Assembly: GCF_009914755.1 (NCBI RefSeq) | Contig: NC_060931.1 | DNA length: 64,000 nucleotides | Source: the human T2T-CHM13v2.0 reference genome, Homo sapiens | Reading direction: 5' to 3' (one strand) | Shown: in pieces, positions 52,941 to 64,000 of the stretch | Layout of the letters: each line of letters begins with the position of its first letter | Numbering within the stretch: the first letter of the stretch is position 1 | Program-made: the position numbers and the translations under genes | Notes under the pieces: model-generated | Told to the model about the DNA's origin: nothing | What the model saw: the letters and a program-made list of their open reading frames with translations, nothing else | Database searches by the model: none

Positions 52941-54725
52941 GGTTGTTTTGGTGATAAAGTTTTATTAAAATGAACCACTAAAAAAAAACTATAAAATTAA
53001 AAATAAAAATAAACTGAGGTCATGAGACACAGCTCATATTAGGAAGTGAACAAAAAAAGAAATCGCCTAAATCTAAGGGAAAAGGAAAAGTCTTAGGCAC
53101 ACTGGCCCTGCCTTTCTCCTCCTCCTCCTATTCCCTGGAGCTTCATGAGTTTGCTCAGGTGACCGTTTAAGAATCAGCTGGTGTCGTGTACATGGCTGGG
53201 TTGAAGGGGCACGAGGTAAGCAGTGACAGTGACCAAAGAGATGTGAGCCATTCAGCTACGACCTCTTTCTACCTAAAAAGCAAAAAACAAAACATAACAA
53301 AACAAAAAGCCTTCAGGCAAATGCTGTAAGTAAAGCAGTTGGCAGAAGACAGTTGACTACCCAGAATTCCTTGCCACCAGATCAATAGTGCCTTTGGGTT
53401 ACCTGATAGTAGGAGAAAACCAATTTGTTCTACAAAATCATTTTGTTTTTAAAATAATAGCATTGCTTATAATATGATTTTATCTTTGCCACAGCCCACA
53501 ACAGAGCTCTCCTCCTGATATCTTGTACCTTTGTTGATATCTGATGCTGGCAATGAATGTAAAAACTCGGACACAGATTTTTTTCTACTATTCTTAATTA
53601 TTACTTCATTTCTCCTTCATTTTTATCTTTCAGACTTTTCCCTCATGTATATTCCACAGCACCTGGCAGAGTGTATTAAACATGTTGGAAGACCCAATCA
53701 ATACTGACCGAGGAGAAACAAAGGGAATTCCTCAGCATCATTAAGATTAATATTAATAGTCTGAAGTTTAACAGACCCTACCTGATTTAAACCGTAAATT
53801 GTTATTCTGCCACGAGAATGCAAACATATAAAAAATTAAAAGTTAAAAAGTCCTATTATTACTCGAAATTGAATGATTCTATTCCAATAGGAATGCCATA
53901 CAAATTGTAAAAGTATTTACGTATTCAGAGCAGTCTTCAATCTTCTGAAAGAAATACAAGTATAATCCTTTAAAATATTTTCTAACCTTTCAATGTATTT
54001 TTATTCACAATTACCTGCCAAAATCTTCTTATTTGGATGTCCTTGCCTTAGCAGAGGAAAAACTAAAAGTACAGTAGCTTTAGAAAAATGTACCAACAGC
54101 AATATGTAATATTGACAGAAATAAATCTATTAGGAAGTTACCATCAAAATCTTGTCAAAGGAAGGGTAAAGAATTATCTCATATTTCTAGTTAAAAAGAT
54201 CAAACCAATGAAACTCCAGATTCCTCCTCTATATGTTTACAATTTTAGTGAAATTTCTTGACTATCATAGATTGAAGTAGAATATCCCTCACCTTGCTGA
54301 ACTCATCTTCCTGCAAACCAATGTGAAAATTATTTTCTGAGTCATAACCTGTTTGAACACCATAGCTATTGGGAATTCAAAACATCTTCTCTTTTCTTTC
54401 TCTGAGGCTCTATCAAAAGAGCTTCCATATCCTTTTCCAAAGCTCCAATAAACCATGATATTTCCATGTACTCAGTAACTACAAAGAGCTCACAGATTTA
54501 TTACCTCTTTAAAAATTCTCACATGTGGAAAAAAAATCTATCTATAACCAGAGTATCAGCTTGCAAAATAACATGACAACAAGAAGTTAGTAAACAATCT
54601 ATTATCAATTCATGGAATCTTTACTAAACTACACAAGACATTTTGTTAGACCTTGTGATCCTTAATCCCTTATCTGATAACGCTAGGGTCAGATGTGTTG
54701 TGTAATTTAGAATTTCTCCAGGTTT

Positions 54726-56350
54726 GGGGATGCAGACAAAAGGGAATCCTTATATTTTGTTGGTAGGAATGTAAAGTAGTACAGCCACTAGCAAAAACAG
54801 TACAGAGATTTCTCCAAAAAACTAAAACTGGAGCTATCATATGACCCAGCAATCCTGTTACAGTAGGCAGTGAGGCAGACATGAGCAGGCCAGAAGAGCC
54901 CCTCACCTGGCCCCTGCCACCAGGAATGTCAGGCAACCATCAGGTGATGGTCAGGAGGTTGTTAAACTGTCTCCCTAAAATAGTATTTGTTGCAGCCAGC
55001 ACCAGGAAGTGGCCATCTCCCAACAGATAGCAACACCTGAAACTGGTGATCAGCAGCTTCCTGATAAGATCTCAGAAGCTGAGCAAGTGGTCTCACAAAT
55101 GCACACTAAGAGGTAAAATGGCGGAGCTTTACTGGTATACAACCTTCCTCTGGGAACTTTATACTGGTAAGGGAAGAATGCCTCAAGTGAGCATGAGTAC
55201 AACTCCAGTAATCACACTGCTCATGCAGCCCCTCCCACGTGCTGGCAGGCCACTGCGCATGCAGACAGCCCACCCCAAGGGAAGAATCAGGGGAGAAGGG
55301 ATCACAACACCCCCAGAAGCATGGGAACATCTAAAACCCAAGGTCAAAGGTCAAACAGTGCCCTTGATCTCTAGGTCGTCTGCTTGGCCCTCTTCCAAGA
55401 ATTATTTACTTCCTTCCATTCCTACTCAAAAGCTTTTTAATGAACTTCCACTCATGTCCTAAAACCTGCCTAGGTCTCTCATTTTGTCTATGTCCCTCTA
55501 TCAAGTTTTTTCTTCTGAGGAGCCAAGAATTGAGGTTGCTGCAGACCTGTATAGATTCCCTGCCAGTAATAATCCCACTACTGGGTATTTACCCAATGGA
55601 AAGGAAATCAGTATATCAAAGGAATACCTGCATCCCCATGTTTACTGTCGCATTATCCACAATAGCTATGATATAGAATAAACCTTAATGTCCCTCAACA
55701 CATGAATGGATAAAGAAAATGTATTTTCTTTACAATAATGTAATGTAAAATAATACATGTATTACATGTATTATTACAGATAATAAAATGTAATGTAAAA
55801 AAGGATTTCAATCTTTATGGCTGAATAATATTTCATTGTGTATGTATACAAGGAAATATTATTCAGCCATAAAAAAGTATGAAATCCTGTAATTCACAGC
55901 AACATGGATAAGCCTGGAAGATATTATGTTAAGCAAAATATGTCAAGCACAGAAAGATAAACACCACATGATCTCACTTATCTATGGGAGCTAAAAATAA
56001 TTTTGAACACATGGAAGTAGAGAGTAGGACTGTGAGTATCAGAGGCTGGGGAGGAGATGGGGGAGGAGGGTACTGGGAGAAGTTGGTTAACAGATACAAA
56101 ATTATAACTAGATAGGAGAAATGAGCTCTAGTATTCTGTAGCACTGTAGGGTGAAGGTGGTTAATTATAATTTATTATATATTTTCAGAAAACTAGAAGA
56201 TTTTAAATGTTTGAGGTATGCTAATTACCCCGATTTATCATTATACACTCTATACATGAATTGAATCTATACACGAATCAAAATATCACTCTGTATCCCA
56301 TAAATTTGTACAATGATTACATGTCCAGTAAAAATAAAAGAGAAAAAATA
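54726..56350 (+). mobile_element. 5'-truncated L1MA (L1MA5-like) 3' end
   Basis: GACCCAGCAATCC..CACTACTGGGTAT, AGATACAAAATTATAACTAGATAGGAG, ATCACTCTGTATCCCATAAAT; TSD AATTTCTCCAGGTTT at 54711-54725 and 56451-56465. Confidence 0.88.
54856..55571 (+). mobile_element. MER50 solo LTR (ERV1) inserted in L1MA
   Basis: TGTTACAGTAGGCAGTGAGGCAGACATGAGCAGG start; GAGGAGCCAAGAATTGAGGTTGCTGCAGACC near end; 4-bp TSD ATCC. Confidence 0.88.
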
Positions 56351-56712
56351 GTTGTATCTAAAATGAGTTTTAGCATGCCTTTTGACTACTGTGTAATAAG
56401 CCTTTTTGGTTACTTTCACATAAATGACTTTCACGTTAAAAATAAAAAATAATTTCTCCAGGTTTTACAAAATAATTTGGGTTAAATATCATGTATTATA
56501 AACCCTCCCAGGCAGATGTGGGTGAGTATCCAGGCAGGATTAATATTTTTGCAGCAACATGAGCAAATATTACATCCACAGGTTAGATTTTTTACTGTCA
56601 AATGAGTTATAAAATGATTTAGATTTTAGATATTTGGGAACTGGAAATAAATAACACACAACTCCTATATCAAGGGGCTCATAGCCAAACAGGAAGAAGG
56701 CATTTATTCTTC

Positions 56713-57394
56713 TGTGTCGGTTATTAAACCTTTGTCTACCAACTACAAATTCATCCTCCTCTGTGATGCTGGGCTAACAATTCTGCAAACCTCATTTCTG
56801 CTTTGCCAGTTGCTGGCTCCTAGATCTGCCATGGGGATACTAGTGGGGGACTGCAAGGCTGAGAAGGAAGAAGGGACATACTCCTTCCTGTCTATGGATG
56901 TTTCCATTTTGCCTCTTGTCTGTCTGTGGTTCCTGTGTTACCCAGGCAACACTTCATCTGGGCAGAAGCAGTTCTCTCTAGCAGCATTTCAATCCAGTTG
57001 GCCAATTTTCTCACTTGCAAAACCAGCCTCATCCTGACCCCAGCCTCTACCCAGAGATCTCACCAACAGCTGGCTGGCCAACCCTCCTTAAAGACCTGGA
57101 TCCCAGGCCCACAGGGATCATCTTCTGAAGTCAGCTACAGCAGCACTAGTAGAGCAGTATTCTCTTCTCAGAGATCTATTTCAGCTCTACAGGGCTCCTC
57201 CTCTAAGTTTCTATGTTCAAATAACCCAATCTCTTTCCTGCAGTTGAAACACATTTGATCCCTTAGGGTCCTCTTCCTGCCTTGTCAGTTGCCTAAGTAT
57301 CACCTTTCTACCTAGCTAACAATTCTTTATATTGATGTATCTCTGTTCAAGTAACTGTTGTGGTTTCTGTCCCTGATTGGACTCCACTGATACA
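56713..57394 (+). mobile_element. ERVL-class solo LTR (LTR41-like)
   Basis: TGTGTCGGTTATTAAA...CAAATTCATCC start; GTGGTTTCTGTCCCTGATTGGACTCCACTGATACA end. Confidence 0.65.
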
Positions 57395-60300
57395 CTATCT
57401 GTACTATGCTATAATAAATGTGGAAACACTGATTGTGGAAAAATATAACAGTGGGGTCAGGGAAAGACACTGAAGACCTAATAGTTGAGCCAGGCACTTA
57501 AAAGAAGGTATTCACCCAGGAGAAAGTACCAACAACATATAAAATGCAGAGCCTGCTCATGAAAATAATTTTTGCAGGGAAAGAGAGGCAAGACTGGAGG
57601 AGGGACTTTTTGCTGGTGCTAAGAAATGTTTTCTGCAGGCAACAGAGAGCTATTGGGAGCCTCACATGCAATTCCCTGCTTTGGATGGTGCCACACTGAT
57701 GGTAATGAAGAGGACAGTTCATAGAGGAATCATCACCTAGAGGGAGGACTTGGAAATAAGTTAGAAACCGTAACACTATGACAAAGTCTTTCCTCTGAAA
57801 AGTTACATAACTTAGCAGGAAATTCAGATACAACTCACTGAATACTGTATAGCTAAATACAACTATCTCCCAAATTTTGGGCCATACTCATTGGCAACAA
57901 ACAACAGAATTTGAGCATATCTCAAAAACTGATACGACAACATTAATTTCTGAACCAAAGATTTTCATTACAAAGTACTTCAACCTGGATGTAAACACAC
58001 TATGCCATTCACATGCATAGTCACAATGAAACTTTTGATAGTGCAAACATAAGTAGGGCTAAACTTTGTCCTTATTTAAAAAAAAAAAACTTACAGAAAT
58101 AAATACTATTATGGGAATTAGCTCTTCCAGCCCAAAAGAAGTGTTGACATAATACAGTGACTTCTAATTTTCATTTTCTGTGAGCTTTTACAACACTTAA
58201 AATTGTAGTACAATTACCATTTACTCATGTCCTTACACTATCTGATATTTTATCTTATCTTTTAGGCTAGATTATAAAAAATTAGTTTGTCAAAAAGAAG
58301 TGCTACATTTGACACTTTTTCTATATTCTCCTAGAATTTGTTACAGTGAAGAAAAAGACCTAAAATATTTGTTGACTTTAATGCTAAAAATATTTTCAGG
58401 TAGCCATTTAAAGAACTTTCTTTATAAAATACTACAGGAAACTATTTTGTTGGAATCATTTGCAGTAATTTGAAGGTAAACAGTATGTTTTGTTTTTTTA
58501 CTTTTATATGCCCTTGAAACAGGTATAACACCGTGTTTACAGTAAACACACAATAAATGTTTGCTGGTTTGAGTTAACTAAGAAAAAGAATTGGGGGGGT
58601 TCTTAAAATATTTAAAATCATATTCATTAATTTAGAATCTGGGGAATCAGTTAATAAAGACAAACTGAATTTGGCAAAAAATGTTAAATTTTTTGGAACC
58701 CATTTTCATATTAAATGGATTATTTTAAAAACAGATGAGGAAAGCTTAGAACACCTTGGCACACTTCCACAAATTATTTCATGATCAAAGACATCTGGCT
58801 TTTTTGATTATTTATGGAATTCCACCCTAAGGCCCACTTGATATTTTCAAAATATGTTTTGCAATATTTGGACATTCTCCAGGTAGCCAGTTTAATTCAT
58901 ATTTCCCCAAAACCTCATCTTGTTGGGAAGTTTGATTATCATTTCTTTATGGTTACAAATGAGTCCTAAATTCCATATAAAGTGTGTTCAGGGTTTTATG
59001 AAACAAAATGAGATTCTTTTTAGAAATCATTTTTCATTTAAAATTGAAATTCAGCTTACAACCAATTTGTCATATGTCTTATTTGCAGACTATAATGTAG
59101 GTAAGAACTAAACAGAGCACTGGGTTTTATTTTTCAGGAAAGAATACTACATTTAATGAAGCGTTGACTGAATATACTATTTCTTAAGGTTGACAAGTAT
59201 ATTTTCCAATAGCATAAAACAAAGATCGCATCATTTGAACACTTTCCTGCAAGAGACTTGTTACATATAAATGGCAAGGTGTATATAGTAAGTAGAGTAC
59301 TTAGACGTTTGATTTTATTCAGTATAAAGTCAAAATGGGAAACAGGGAGAGAAAAGCCAATGAGACAGGGAAAGAGTAACTGAACGACAACTGATACTCA
59401 GCAAATAAGGTTACTGTCAGCCAGTAGTCAGAAATTCAAAACCCTAAAGCAGTACACTTTTCTAATAAAAGTAACCTTTTGGATAAATCTTTGCTCCACC
59501 CCAGCATGGACAATTACGTGGTAAATTAAGTTATCCAAAAAGGAAAAATGCTATAAAAGTTAGCCCAACATCATACTAGCAAAAAACACAACATAGCTGG
59601 GCTCCTTCTGAACATTAAAGACAAAAATAGAATAGTATTTACATTAACTACTATGGGAAAGACATCATATAAAATGAAACCCAATTTAGAACATTTTTCA
59701 TTTTATACTTTTTATACTACAAAAATATTTTAAATATTTATAGAAACTAACGTCTTTTAAAGATATATTATTTATAAAACAAAATTACGCATCATTTCTA
59801 CAGTGTGCTTAAGAGTGATGGAATACGTATTTAGAAAAAGTCACTAATACATCATTCATACGCATTCCAAAGTGAGTTGTGGTATCATGCATTATAAAAT
59901 CATGTTTTAAACCATAGTGTGTAATAGATTACCTTCACAGAGCACCTATGATTTATTAATATGTGCGTGTGTGTGTTTTTTAACATGCCAGTTATTTAAA
60001 TACAGTATCATGGCAATATTCTAGGCTGAATGTTGATGCTAGAAAGCACTGGATAATACAGCACTTGTAATTTTCTGAATAATGCTCTCAAATTTTTATA
60101 AAATGTTATTCATTCTAATAAAAATTATAATCAGTAAACTTATCAGTTAATAGGTTTGCTAAAAATATAATAAATTTAATGTATAAAAGGTAGCTAAGAC
60201 ACATCAAAGCGGTCCCAGAAAGAGAATAATAAGTGTTGATCACTTTGTGTTTTGTATTTATTAGAAATACAAGCCTAAGTGAGTAAAATTCTATTATATT

Positions 60301-61139
60301 TATTAAATGTATTGGCATAGATATTAATTACACTAATTATTGATAATGATGAAAATACAGAAAATTGTTCTCTACTAAATGGTATACTGATACATGAATC
60401 AATTCAATATACATAAATTCATCAAATTTCTCATAAAATTTTAGAACTATCAGGTGCATGAATAAGATTTTATCTCTCATGTTTTTTTAAATGTTAGAAG
60501 ATGCTTAATTAGTTTACATCTAAATCTGAGCTTTCCTTGAAAACAAACACAAAGAAGCCTCTTTTGTCTCACTACACTCTACCCCATTTCTCTCAATACA
60601 TTCTGCTCCCAGCTACGTCCAAGACAACTAGAGCTGTCATTTTTTATATGAAATACAAATGGTTTACAATTCCCCCAGGTAAATACTTTTTCCTATTATT
60701 AACTCTCTTGATTACCAAGAACAAGGTATTATAAGTCTTATTATTTTGGAAACAAACTTTACCAAAGCTACAGCTACAGGCATGGCACATAGAGAGACGA
60801 TTTAGGAAAAAAAATATTTAACTAGGCAGGATCACTGTGGAATATCAAAGGAAGGTGATTTAAGAGTTTGTCGAGTTTAAGGGAGAGAAATGTTGTAACA
60901 CAGCTCCAACCTTCTTCCCCAAAGCTGAAATGGTCAAACAATATAGACATGCTGATGTCAATCCCTTGGACATCTACTCAAGCCAACTGGGAAGAAAGCA
61001 GAGGCATAGGAACGTCTGGAGATGAGAAACAGGAGGGAGCTCACTCACTTATACACGTATCTCCTGCAGAGTCTGGGTCTCTGCTCCAAACATAGACCAG
61101 TACTGCCTTTTTGATATATTATAAAGAAATATAAAATAC

Positions 61140-61500
<361 letters not shown>

Positions 61501-61949
61501 TTATACAAATACAAGTGAATTCCTGCACATCTGTTTAAAAAAGCAAACTGTGCATGTGGAAATTGAGGGAGACTTTGCTTACCTGCATTTAGTACAGATA
61601 AGAACCTGGAAGTTTCACCTGACTAAAAGGTCAACCTGAGCCAACTGTATTATGTAAAAGTACATTCCCCATTCAAAAACTAGAACGAAACAAAACTCAG
61701 CTAATCCATGGGTCACTATTGGCAATATAACTTTAGTACCAAGGCCATTAAAAATCCTGCTGTACTCTACTTGTAAATTATATGATCTATGAAGTATACT
61801 TTTAAATTTTGGCCATAACATATTTCAGGGCACTGACAAGCCACAACAAGCTGAGAGTTGAATGAGGACAGGAAAGGGTCTAGAGACCCTGTACTAAAAG
61901 AAATGGTAGAAGGAATTGGGAACTTTAAAACTATGAAAGCTCTGGTACT

Positions 61950-62130
61950 TTAAGAGTTGACAAAGAGATGTGGTTATGGTTAAGCTAATCAACTACTCTG
62001 TGCTTTAGTTTCTTATTTTGTAGAATGGAAATCAGAAAAGCACCTCCCTCACATGCTGTTATAAAGAGTAAACAAATTAAATCCAATAAAATAATGCACA
62101 TAACTGGTTACAGCAAGCACTGGTTATCAT
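61950..62130 (+). mobile_element. MIR fragment
   Basis: CTCTGTGCTTTAGTTTCTTATTTTGTAGAATGGA...CACCTCCCTCACA. Confidence 0.55.
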
Positions 62131-62159
62131 TAATAACATCATCTTCATTATTTTCTACA

Positions 62160-62230
62160 GCCCCCAGAGGGCAGACTTAGGAACAATGGGTAGAAGTTAA
62201 AGAAAAACAGATTTTGGCTGAATAATGGGT
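62160..62230 (+). mobile_element. CR1/L3 fragment
   Basis: CCAGAGGGCAGACTTAGGAACAATGGGTAGAAGTTA...CAGATTTTGGCT. Confidence 0.55.
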
Positions 62231-62467
62231 ATAAATCTTACTTTCCTATTTCAGATTCCATCTCTTCATTTTTAATGTAATATAGCTGAAGTTATTTCTG
62301 ATAGGTCAGCTTTTAAATTCCTATGGTTCCTTAGTTATCTAAATTAATTTCTATTAGAGGAACTAAAGTTAGAAAAATTTAAAAAAATACATTATTTTCA
62401 TTCAAAAAAGAATCAGTATTCTAATTTACCTATCAGGTAAATATGGATTATTAGATTTTCTTAAAAG

Positions 62468-62660
62468 GAGGGTTGCCAGACAAAATATAGGATGCCAAGC
62501 TAAATATAAATTTTAGATTAAATAATGAATGAGTTTTTAGTATATATATGTCATAAACATTTCATGGGACCTACTTATACTAAAAATCTATTTGTTGTTT
62601 ACCTGAAATTAAATTTTAACTGGGTATCCTATAATTTATTCGCTAACTTTAGCAACCCTA
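62468..62660. mobile_element. MER53 palindromic MITE
   Basis: AGGGTTGCCAGA...GCAACCCTA ends, 193 bp, central TTTTTAGTATA...TATACTAAAAA inverted arms. Confidence 0.88.
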
Positions 62661-64000
62661 TGTAAAAGGATAAATGTTAACAAAACTCAAGTAATTTAAA
62701 AAAGTTTTTACATAAACAAAATTTTGAGCTTCCTTTTTCATGTAGGATGATTTCTTGCATTGATAGAGAAATGTTACATATCTGCCAGTTTTTGTTTAAA
62801 CAACATTTCAGAAATTCTTCTTTCCTGACACGTCATTTAGTCATGTCTCAGATTTCCTGTGCCAGCTTAAGTTGCTCAAGAAGAGGTTATGGTTGGCTAC
62901 GCACTTGTGACAATGTGCAGAAACATCACTTCCCATTTGGCTAAAGGCAGACAGACCTTATGGTAGACTTTTGTTTTCACCTCTGTTAGATGTGGATGAC
63001 ACAGCTCCTTCGTTCAACGCATATTTACACAATGGGTATATCCAAATACGTAAGACAACCACTGTCAAAGAAAACATCTTATGTCATTTTCCTCAGGCTC
63101 TACAAATACAGCCACTGTCACCTGAATGCTGTGAACTAGCAACTGGATGCAGACAGCAAGATATTTTGATGTTTCAATAATATTTACACTTATGTCACTA
63201 AACACTTGTGTAGATTTGTGGGGTATGAGGAATGAAAATAGACTTAAATAATTGTTCCATCTGCTCAACAATATAAAAGAAATTGTTAAAAGACATGAAC
63301 AACTGTCGAGGTACATTTCTAGAGGGTCCGCCAAGTAGCCCACAGGCCACGGATAGGAGGCTGACATCTGAGAAGACAAGAAGGATGAGCCAGCAACAAA
63401 AATACTGAGACAGGAAGGCGGGTAGTGGTGCAAAAAGCCCATGAAAAAAGAATCGAAACAGGAAGAAGGAACCCGCAGTCAGACAGGAATGCGAATCCTG
63501 TGGGCAATTCAAGGAAGTAGTGAGGTTTGGAGGAGACACACAGAATGCAGGCAAGCATGACTCCGTTTCCACATGACAGCTACTTCTCAGGGCTCTAAGA
63601 CACTATTTCACATGGAAACAAGACAATCCATGTGAAGATATCCCTAACACCACCAACTTTTTAGGAGAAGCTGGTTATTACAGTCACAAATCAGGGTGGC
63701 TTTCATCCCAGACTCAGGGTGAGGACAGAGTCCTTGAGGGAAGCCTGACACGAAAAGTGCAGATGAACACTCATTATGTCCCACAGAGCAGGTCAAGGAG
63801 ACAAAACAAGAACATGAAGAACCACTCTCAAGTGGGATTCTTCTAGAAAGATCCCAGGAGGAAAGTCACTATGTCTTAAAGGTCTTGCAACTTATTTTTA
63901 TCCCTTTCTTATTTTACGTACTTTGTCAGTTATCTCAAATGTTTTGTAGACAGAAAAATAAACAAATCTTGGTAGTTCCAGTGCCCGTCAATACTCCACA

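Larger units (their letters stand above)
54655..56660 (+). mobile_element. Old Tigger-type MITE split by the L1MA insertion (pieces ~54655-54725 and ~56451-56660)
   Basis: AATCCCTTATCTGA...GGGTCAGATGTGTT on the left; ATTAATATTTTTGCAGC and GTCAAATGAGTT on the right; subfamily uncertain. Confidence 0.45.

Noticed and set aside
59080-59106. 12-nt microexon pattern on + strand (ttgcag|ACTATAATGTAG|gtaaga)
   Set aside because: Opposite to the inferred host strand with no supporting neighbours; such patterns are expected by chance.

Overview
Primate (human-like) genomic DNA, AT-rich and dense in interspersed repeats: about 17 Alu-family copies or fragments, MIR, L2, old L1M/HAL1, six solo LTRs and hAT/Tigger/Mariner MITEs. 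No protein-coding region can be supported. The supplied ORFs are short, and many derive from Alu, L1, LTR or microsatellite sequence. All six LTRs and most L1 sequence lie on the + strand, which suggests the window is intronic in a large host gene transcribed on the - strand; I cannot name that gene. One clean 70-nt candidate exon lies on the - strand (15928-15997). The main observations are: (1) a ~47-bp minisatellite array that looks retroposed (target-site duplication (TSD), AATAAA, A-tail) into an old L1 3' UTR at 22755-23081; (2) an L1MA insertion with a perfect 15-bp TSD that carries an apparent ~87-bp 3' transduction, a MER50 LTR and a fold-back palindrome (54711-56465); (3) a candidate recursive splice site (AG|GTAAG) at ~36135 on the - strand. 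I found no convincing new multi-component biological system. Repeat family names come from recalled consensus sequences and should be confirmed with RepeatMasker/Dfam.
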